The position numbers and the translations under genes were made by a program. From NCBI GenBank assembly GCA_964016885.1, contig OZ024740.1, positions 79,360,001 through 79,424,000 on the forward strand: DNA of 64,000 nt, read 5' to 3'. The notes beneath the pieces were generated by a model. That model worked only from the letters and a program-made list of their open reading frames with translations, searched no databases and was not told the origin of the DNA. Positions 52,950-64,000 of this stretch are shown here, piece by piece. Origin of the DNA: Eledone cirrhosa (taxonomy: Eukaryota). Position 1 is the first letter of the stretch. Each line of letters begins with the position of its first letter.

Positions 52950-53116
52950 CAGTGCCGAATTTAGGACAAATGAGGCCCTGTGGTAGTTAATTTATGAGGC
53001 CCCTTACTTGGGCCCTGAAGGAGGTAAAAAAATGGTTTTGACAGGTAGATGGGTTTCCCTGGCTAACGGGGCCCTGTGCTTAAGCACATCTAAGCGCAAT
53101 GGTAAATCCGGCATTG
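52950..53116. mobile_element. 167-bp hAT (Tip100-like) MITE
   Basis: TIRs CAGTGCCGAATTTA / TAAATCCGGCATTG; perfect 8-bp TSD GTCAGGGC. Confidence 0.88.
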
Positions 53117-54794
53117 GTCAGGGCCCCAGAGAAGACTAAATCTCTTTAAGTCGGTGTTCCAGCTTGGCCGCAGTCTAATGACTGAAACAAGCAAAACAAT
53201 AACAGAATAAGCACAACACAAGAAATATACAGAGTGGTGGCGGCGGTGGGTGGCGCGGGTTTCAGTCTATTATGTTGCAAGCGGTAATTCATTAGTACCG
53301 TAGTTCATTTTATCTACCCTGGAAAGATGGAAGTCAAGGTGAACCTGGACAGGATTTAAAGGGAGAAAGTAAGGAGTTGTAACGAAACACTGTAAGTTAT
53401 TTTCTCCGATACTCTAACGATTCTTTTAATCCACTGCCTTATCTGATGTTTAGAGCACACCAACTTTTTTTAATGTCACTAGCAGAAAAACCACCTTTCG
53501 TATGGTTTTCTGCTAGCATGTGTAGTGTGCATAGTGATATTATATGCAAATATATATGCATATAGATATACGTCAAATAAAATCGTAATTGACAATATGC
53601 ACAGAAATTGAAGAGAGACTGTATTACAGTGTCTTCTGCAATTAGTAAAGTAATCAATGATACATTTAAAAAAGACGATATTATATATAAACTGCATTAG
53701 GAGAAAATTAGCGACAGAAATATAAACCTTATATAACGATGCAAATATATGAACGTTTATATAAACGATGTTATATAACGGACGCTAACCGGAAGTGTTG
53801 ACATTTGAAAATGTTAAAGAAGTGAATCTTGAAATAAGCAATAAAATTAGTTATATTTAATCCTTTAGCATTTACATTACTCTCTCTATATTATTATATT
53901 TTCATGGTAAACACTTTATCTCACATAATATCTCATATAATATTGAATCAATGAGATTTTGATATTATTTATTTTGAGAATAATACCATAACATCAGTAT
54001 GAGTAGCCAGTTAAAGCCGGATTGAGCAGAAAAAGGTGAGAGAATTCTGGCCGGTTATGGCCAATTTAAATGCTAAAGGGTTAATCAAGAGTTACGAAAT
54101 TTAGCAAAACACTATATTTCACCTTACTTCAGTCAACTCAGCTGGCAAAAAGTTGTTTGTTCTTGTAATTCAAAGTACCAGTCATATCACACATTGTGTC
54201 ACATTTAATTTTAATTAGAACTACGTTAAGGTTACACATATCTGTGGAATGCTCAGTCACTTGCGCACTTCACAAGTAGGTTGTTCTGTTGATTAAACAA
54301 CTGAAACACTCGTTGTCGGAACCGACGGAGGTCCAACACACATCGTATGCAACAACCTCCCAACACGCTCTCGGCACAACTCGTTTCAACTCACGTATCA
54401 GAATAAAACCCTTCGTAAATACATAAAGTCAGCAGTTTCATATTTTTTCATACTTCCATACATCACGGTAAATAACATCTTTTGAATTGTTACACAGACA
54501 TACACCACAACAACACAGACTCTGTTTATATTGTCAACAATAGCCTCGTAGTAACAGGTTATTAAATAAATATATTTAAGTAGCGATTTTGTTTTTATTT
54601 CATAACCTATAGGATCAGGGAATCATCACATCAACATCATCATAATGAACACTGTAGGTCACTCTGCACACCCGCAATCTCAGGTCACACCGTATCAGGC
54701 ACATCTCCTTCGCCTACACTATACACAAACCTGACCACATCACAAAGCAATCCATAAGCGAATAACAAACCACAGTACCAACTAACATCTAAAT

Positions 54795-54980
54795 AATTGT
54801 TTCTACTTTTAGCACAAGGCCAGCAATTATCCCTGCATTACTGGTACTTTATTTTATCGACCCCGTAAGGATGAAAGACAAAACCAACATCGGCGGGATT
54901 TGAATTCAGAATGTAAAGGGCCATAACTCTATGCTGCAAAGCATGGAGTCTGACGCTCTGCCGATACTGCCAATCCACAC
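54795..54980 (-). mobile_element. tRNA-derived SINE, major family, with TSD
   Basis: Flanked by ACATCTAAA(A)TAAT. Confidence 0.85.
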
Positions 54981-56349
54981 ATCTAAAATAATATCCATTG
55001 CTACAAGCCGACTAATAGCATTGACAAGTTTGGGAGCTATTAATTTGATAACAATAACCGTTTGGTGACAATATCTGTGATTATAGTAAGCGGCTTCCAC
55101 TTTAGTTGATTTACCATCAACTTCGTTAGTTACACTTGATAACTCCGATGGCTTTACAAACACCCCTCCCCTTCACTTTATATATATATATTTCTCAAAT
55201 ATAGGTTATTAAACTATAAAACAACTGGAAGAGAACAACTCCTAAATCAACAGTTCCCAACATTTTCACTGTCAATGATCCCTTTCATTTAAATGGATTT
55301 TCCCACGACTCCCAATCTTTTGCAATCTCTGTTCTTAACAAGCAGTTTCTATTAACTAACAATAGACACGTTTTCTTAGTTTTGTTTCTCAATTGAAAGT
55401 TATATGTAATGGAATACTCAGTTAAAACGGTGGCAGTATTAAACAAACGATTTACTTGTTGAATGAGATGGTTAATGTTTTGTTGAAACTACTTTCCAAA
55501 TTTCAGGTTGAATGGCAGACAGTTTTAAGCATAGACCAGATTCTAAAATATCTCAAAATATTAGACTATTCTTGCAAATTTGAAAAGAATTTTCAAGATT
55601 TCAAAGTATACTTTTATCGGCCTTATCATAAACTACTTATACAATATTGAAAATGTGAACTTAATTTTGAAAAGTTTTTCAAGTTTTGAAAATATATTTT
55701 TATCAACCTTATACATTATACACGACAACCTCTTGAAAATGTGATCATGGCCATGACATACACACCACAGTAATACCTTTGTGAATCGCCTGGATTCCGT
55801 AGGCCATAGGCTAGGAACCATTGTCCTAAACTATTAGATATTACATGTACCAATTTGAGATGGGACCCCAGCTGTGTAACTATCGCTTGCGCAATCATTA
55901 CAATACCGACGACAGACCTGTCAACTTTCCTTATACCCACTTTGGGGTGGGTGGGAGATGTCTTCTCTTGTGAAAATGGGTAAAGCTTTCATTATGTAAA
56001 ATCTCCCCGTTTGGGGGCACTTTTTTCATGGTAGTCCTCATTTGGGATCTTAGAGGTCGGCAGGTCTGCGATGACACTACAAGGGAACGGTGGTTTGAAA
56101 GTAGAACTATATTCCAACTGAAATACTAATTGTTCTACCAAATTTACCATCGAAGACCATGTCAATTTTGGTTTCTTTTGGGAGGAGGGGGCACAGTCTT
56201 TCTAGAACTATATTATATAATATCTTCGTCTATATTTAACAAATAAAAATGGTATGAAGTGTGATATAAAAGGATTTTTGTCACTATTTCTTGTTGATGG
56301 TTGATCAATCACGTATGAGTTTATTTATTCATTATGTTTGTTATTGTTG

Positions 56350-57180
56350 TTGTCGTCGTCAATGATAAAAATGATGATGGTGCTGGTGAGGGCAATAGTG
56401 ATGATGGTGTTGGTGATGATGAAGATGATGATGATGATGAAGGTGCTGTGGATGATAATAATGATGATGGAGGTGATGGCGGTGATAATTGTTTCTACTT
56501 TTGGCACAAGGTCAGCAATTATCCCAGTGCGTTACTGGTACTTTATTTTATCGACCCCGTAAGGATGAAAGGCAAAGTTAACCTCGGCGGGATTTGAACT
56601 CAGACCATAAAGGGACGTAACTCTATGCTGGAAAGCATGGTAATAACGAAGATGATGATGATGATGGTGGTGATGATAAAGATGGAGGTAATGATAATGA
56701 TGATGATGGTGCTAGTGATGACAATAATGATGATGATGATGAGGCGATGAAGTTGGTGGTGGTGATGGTAGTAATAATAATCATGAAGATGATGGTGATA
56801 TGAGCGATGATGATGACAATAATGGCGGTTGGTAGTGATAATGATGATAATGGTGGTGATGATGGTAATAATGATGATGGCGCTGGTGATAATAATGATG
56901 GAGACAGTAATGATATTGATGATGAAGATGGTAGTGTTGGTGGTGGTGGTGGTGGTGATTATAATGATGATAATGGTAGTGGTAGTGGGGATAGCAATGA
57001 TGATAGTGGTAATGATGATGATGATGATGATGATGATAATGATGGTGGTGATGATAATGATGATGATGATGATGGCGATGAGGATGAGATACTTGTGGTG
57101 GTGGTGGTGGTAGCGATATGACAACGATAATGATGATGATGGGGATTATAATAATCATTATGATGATGATAATGTTATCG
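56350..57180. repeat. Degenerate (GAT/GGT)n low-complexity tract interrupted by a SINE (56485-56640, -)
   Basis: Direct reading of the sequence. Confidence 0.9.
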
Positions 57181-57529
57181 ATGTTCCCCTGTCGGCAATC
57201 AATAAAGGTCTTTATAACTCTATCTAACAGCCCTCTCCATCCACCTCCATCCACCTCCATCCACCTCCATCCTCTTGCTATACTGTTTACTCCAGCTTTG
57301 TTCAGGTTCAGTTCTGACTCATACACTTTGTTTCATTATAATTTATTCATTCCGGGGGTAAAATGAATATCGAAGTATCGAACTCTGGGCTAGTCTCTGC
57401 AGAGTCTATCTACTAAAGCAATAAAGAATATTATTGATTTGTTGTTACTACGCACAAGGTCGCTGTTTGTTGCGGAGAGAGGTATGATCGAGTGTATATA
57501 TATATATACATATGTGTGTGTGTGTGTAT

Positions 57530-58155
<626 letters not shown>

Positions 58156-58269
58156 TAGTGCGTGTTGTAACCACAGATGTTGCTGCTGCTATTGTTGATG
58201 CCACAGATGTTTTTCTTATAACTGTTACTATTGTTATAGCGTTGATCAATTTATATCAATAGCTTGTTG

Positions 58270-59340
58270 ATGTAAAACCTTTGCGTTCGGCACATAGGGC
58301 TGTATTTTGATGAAAGTTGTTTTCGTTAAAGTTTGTTTGGTAATTGCTGAATGTTTGTTAAGACTATCAGAAATTTCTGTGTCCGTAAAACTGTTCTGAC
58401 ACTAGAGTCGGCTAACCCCAATTGAAGCGTGTTGGAAGGCTGTAACTTCTTTTCTAGCCGGGTCACCAATTTTAGCGGGCGTAAAGATAAATATTGATTT
58501 GGTTATGAGATGGTTTGCTTGGTTCATTTGTGGTGGTGTATTGGCGGTTCATTTGTGAAGGTTTTTGCGGAGGTGGTCAAACATTTCAATATGGTACAAT
58601 ATTTTCACATATGGTACAATATTTTCTCTGGTTTTGTTTTTTGTTTTTTCTTGGTTATCTATGTTTAGCCCTTTCTATTGTGTTGGTGGTTATGCCCAGT
58701 GAGAATGCTCTTTGGGTGAGTAAATTTTTAAGTTCATCCAGTCTTTGCTGACGTTTGATTGGGTCTGATACTGTTGGGCAAATCCTTTTTGCTTCATTAA
58801 AATGTTCAATTTCGTGTGCTTTGGGTGAGTTGATGTAAAAAGAAAAGGTACTGTTTGGCGTCCGTGGTTTTATAGAACATGTCTATTTCTATTCTTCCGT
58901 CTGTTTCTGAAATTATGATATATATAAAAGCTAGTACTTTGGTATTAAACTCCATTGTGAATTGGAAATTTCTGTTAAGGTTATTAATCATATTTATCAA
59001 TTCTGTGAGTGTATCGAGGTTTTCCTGCTATAAGATAAAGCAATCACCCAGATACCTTTTCAGTTATTTTTTAGTTGTGTGAAATGATGCTTGTAAACCC
59101 TCGGCAAACAAATACATCTAGTTAACACCTCCAGACGATTTTGAACTCAGACCAATTATAGTAAACCCTGCATGTGAAACATACAGACTGAGTAACTTCC
59201 TGGACATCCTTTTAAAACTCTACCTAAAACATGTGCAGAGCTACATCTGAGATGACTTAGATATGCTGAATTATCTCCCGAAAACAGTAAGGAAACAATT
59301 TTTGTTTCCTTCAACATTGAAAACTTACATAGGAACATGA
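58270..59340. pseudogene. Decayed Penelope-like RT pieces in opposite orientations
   Basis: Minus: DMFYKTTDAKQYLFF (thumb). Plus 59150-59330: RPI...CETYRLSNFLDILLK...SYI.DDLDMLNYLP. Confidence 0.65.
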
Positions 59341-59344
59341 TTAT

Positions 59345-59475
59345 GAATATTTCTGATGAAAGACTAGCGTCCGAAACTTGAAGACCCTCTTCCTGCTATT
59401 TCAAGCGCTAACCTAATATAATCCTTCAATATACAGTACCGATTGTGTTGTTATTTCTGTTTACCTTTTACATAC
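59345..59475 (+). mobile_element. Family A terminal repeat with hammerhead core (cleavage site mutated); direct copy at 60745-60870
   Basis: CTGATGA...GTCC-GAAAC-TTG-AAGA at 59353 and 60753. Confidence 0.75.
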
Positions 59476-59484
59476 ATATATATG

Positions 59485-60625
<1,141 letters not shown>

Positions 60626-60666
60626 ATATATATATATATACATGCATATATATATGTGTGTGTGTA

Positions 60667-60734
<68 letters not shown>

Positions 60735-60874
60735 ATTTTTAATTGCATATTTCTGATGAAGGACTAGCGTCCGAAACTTGAAGACCCTCTTCCTGCTATT
60801 TCAAGCGTTAACCTAATATAATCCTTCCATATACAGTACCGATTGTGTTGTTTCTGTTTACCTTTTACATACAC

Positions 60875-60907
<33 letters not shown>

Positions 60908-60957
60908 TATGTATGTAAAAGGTAAACAGAAACAACAACACACACATATATATATGC

Positions 60958-61024
<67 letters not shown>

Positions 61025-61214
61025 TATATATATATATGCATATATATATGCATATATATATATGCATATATATATGCATATATATATATATATATACATA
61101 CATATATATATGCATATATGCATATATATATATATGCATATTTATATGCATATATATATATGCATATATATATGCATATATACATGCATATTTATATGCA
61201 TATATATATGCATA

Positions 61215-61254
<40 letters not shown>

Positions 61255-61257
<3 letters not shown>

Positions 61258-62203
61258 TGGCGGGCTGGGCCTAACAATATTGACTGCCAGGAGATGAAGG
61301 GGGCCCACCTAAATATAGAATGCTATCATTTATTTTTTTTATAATGAATAAATAACACTTTTGAAAAATACATAAGTTGAAAGAAAACAGTGCAATCAAA
61401 TTTTTGCGGAAAAATAAGTTACCTTCTACAATAAAAAATATTATATATTTTGCTAAATCCAGAGACTTTAATAATTGTTTCTACTTTTGGCACAAGGCCA
61501 GTAATTATCTCAGTACATTACTGGTACTTTATTTTATCGACCCCGTAAGGATGAAAGGCAAAGTTAACCTTATCGGGATTTGAACTCAGAACGTTAAGGG
61601 ACGTAACTCTGCGTAAAGCATGGCGTCCAATCCTCTACCGATACTGCCAATTAATAATGACCAGACGTCGACCCTAAATATTATTAATAGCTCTAGGAAA
61701 ACCATGTACGACACCACATCTTTGTAACTTTGATTTTGAAAGTAGTTTTATAATTATCAATTCTCATTATTCTTTTGTAGCTGTCTCGGTGGCTTATTTG
61801 GATGAATCGTTGGGTGATCCTGGTCGGGAGTAAGGTTCCCAGTAAACCTTTTCAGTTTTTTTTTTATTGGTTGTAATATAAAACCTGAGAAAGGTTACAT
61901 GTACCTCTTGGCCAGGATTGAATCCAGGGCCAGGATCTCCACCGTCTCTAGTACCTACCGCTAGGCAACAGAGACAACTACGAAAATCTTATGAAAATTC
62001 ATACCTTTTAACCTACTTTCAAGATTTTCAAAACAAAGTGTTGTAGTGTCGTTCATGTCTTTCTTAATGTTATTGATCCTACTTAAGGTCAACTTCTAAA
62101 TCATTTGGGTGTTCTATAAACTACATCCTCGTTTTGTTTCACATCTATCTAGACTATATTTTAACCTGTAATCCATGTTTCATTTATGTTGCACCTCATT
62201 TCT

Positions 62204-62243
<40 letters not shown>

Positions 62244-63627
62244 ATATTTGAATCTACTATGATTTGGGGTTACTTTATTCATATATATATATATGTTTTT
62301 GCATGTCAGATTCAAACTTACAAATATAATGCCAATGCATTATATATATATATATATATTATTTGTTTGATAAAATAATCAAATTAAATTAATTCAACAG
62401 TTAAACACATAGGAATAATAATTGTTTCTATTTTAGGCACAAGGCCAGCAACTACCCAGTTCATTACTGGTACTTTATTTACACATAGGAATAATAATTG
62501 TTTCTACATTTGGCACAAGGCCAGCAATTACCCAGTGCATTACTGGTACTTTATTTTATCGACCCCGTAAGGATGAAAGGCAAAGTTAACCTCGGCGGGA
62601 TTTGAACTGAGTCCGTAAAGGGACGTAACTGTGCTGCAAAGCATGGCGTCCGACCCTCTACCGATACTGCCAATTCACCACACATAGGAATAATAATGTT
62701 GTTACCAAAGGGCCAGAAGATTGACAAGTCTACCCTAAATATTACTAATAGCTCTAGGAAAACCATGAACAATAACACATCTTTTTAACTTTGATTTTGA
62801 AAGTAGGTTTATAATTATCAATCTTCATAATACTTTTGTAGCTTTCTCGGTGGCCTAGTTGGAGGAATCATAGACGGTGGTGATCCTGGTCTGAAGTTCG
62901 GAGCTGGTCGGGAGTAGGGTTCCCAGTAAACCTTTACAGTTTTTTTTCTATTGGTTGTAATATAAAACCTGAGAAAGGTTACATGTACCTCTTGGCCAGG
63001 ATTGAACCCAAGGCTAGGATCTCCACCGTCTCTAGTACCTACCGCTAGGCAACAGAGACAACTACAAAAATCTTATGAAAATTCATACGGTTCAACCTAC
63101 TTTCAAAATTTTCAAAACAAAATGATGTGGTGTCGTTCATGTCTTTCTTAATGTTATTGCTCCTACTTAAGGTTGATTTCTCAATCATTTGGGTGTTCCA
63201 TAGACTACATCCTCGTTTTGTTTCACATCTATCTAGACTACATTATAACCTGCAATCCATGTTTCATTCCTGTTCCACCTCATTTCTCACCCTCCTCCTC
63301 TCTCTCTCACCCCCTCTCTTTCTCTCTCTCTTTCTCTCTCTCTGTGATATTTGAATCTACTATGATTTGGGCTTACCTTATTCCTTTATATATATATATA
63401 TGTTTTTGCATGTCAGTTAGATTCAAACTTACAATGATTGGCATTATATATATATAATTTTTTCATACACTTTATATACTTCATAAAAAAATGCTTCAAA
63501 AAAGAATTGTCCCTCTTTTTTTAATAACACAATCTTTTCAATAATGTCACTTTGACGAATCAAAACAGAAAAACAGACCCATAAACATATCTCCCGTGCT
63601 ATTTCAAACTTCATCTTTTATATATAC

Positions 63628-63668
<41 letters not shown>

Positions 63669-63880
63669 CAGTGGCGGACTAGGTCTAAAAATATTGGTTG
63701 CCTGATGAAGGGGGCCCACCTACATATAGAATGCTATCATTTAATTTTTATAATGAATAAATAACATTTTCAAAAAATACATAAATGGAAACAAAACAGT
63801 GCAATCAAATTTTTGCGAAAAAATATCTTACCTTCTCAAATAAAAAATATTTTGTATTTTGCGAAATCCAGAGACTTTCA
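61255..63880. repeat. Local duplications: 61660-62340 ~ 62715-63455 and 61255-61468 ~ 63669-63880, interleaved with SINEs (61470-61655, 62415-62680)
   Basis: Colinear similar blocks. 61255 and 63669 begin CAGTGGCGG (hAT-like end). Confidence 0.8.
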
Positions 63881-64000
63881 ATGCACTAAGCTTTAGATTT
63901 AGTAGAATGTACAACCACTGATTCCAGCTATTTGCACTATCATATATTTTGGTTTCTAGTAATTCCTTGGGGAATTGGTTGACCAAATGCTTTGCTTAAT

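Overview
Eukaryotic, AT-rich, repeat-saturated genomic DNA. The microsatellite load and SINE families suggest a mollusc, most likely an octopus; this is inference. No host protein-coding gene can be called with confidence. The window is a nest of mobile elements: RTE-clade LINEs (one with a PHD-type finger in the RT region), a CRE-clade RT fragment, a Gypsy integrase remnant, hAT elements and MITEs, a Tc1/mariner MITE and about 18 copies of one tRNA-derived SINE. It also holds an apparently intact Chapaev3-like (CMC/RAG1-related) transposon with a 558-aa ORF and TTA target duplication inserted in an RTE LINE. Penelope-like elements (PLEs) are abundant, including a ~4.4-kb fold-back copy with ~1.95-kb arms. 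The most striking hidden layer is RNA structure. I read about 15 hammerhead-ribozyme motifs (some degenerate) from about 10 unrelated sequence families, some in non-coding partial-tandem (retrozyme-like) units. Several families also share an 'inverted arm + 70-100-nt tail + (TA)n' architecture, and one 5-copy family has a ~110-nt hairpin showing arm-to-arm covariation. All structures were folded by eye, not computed.
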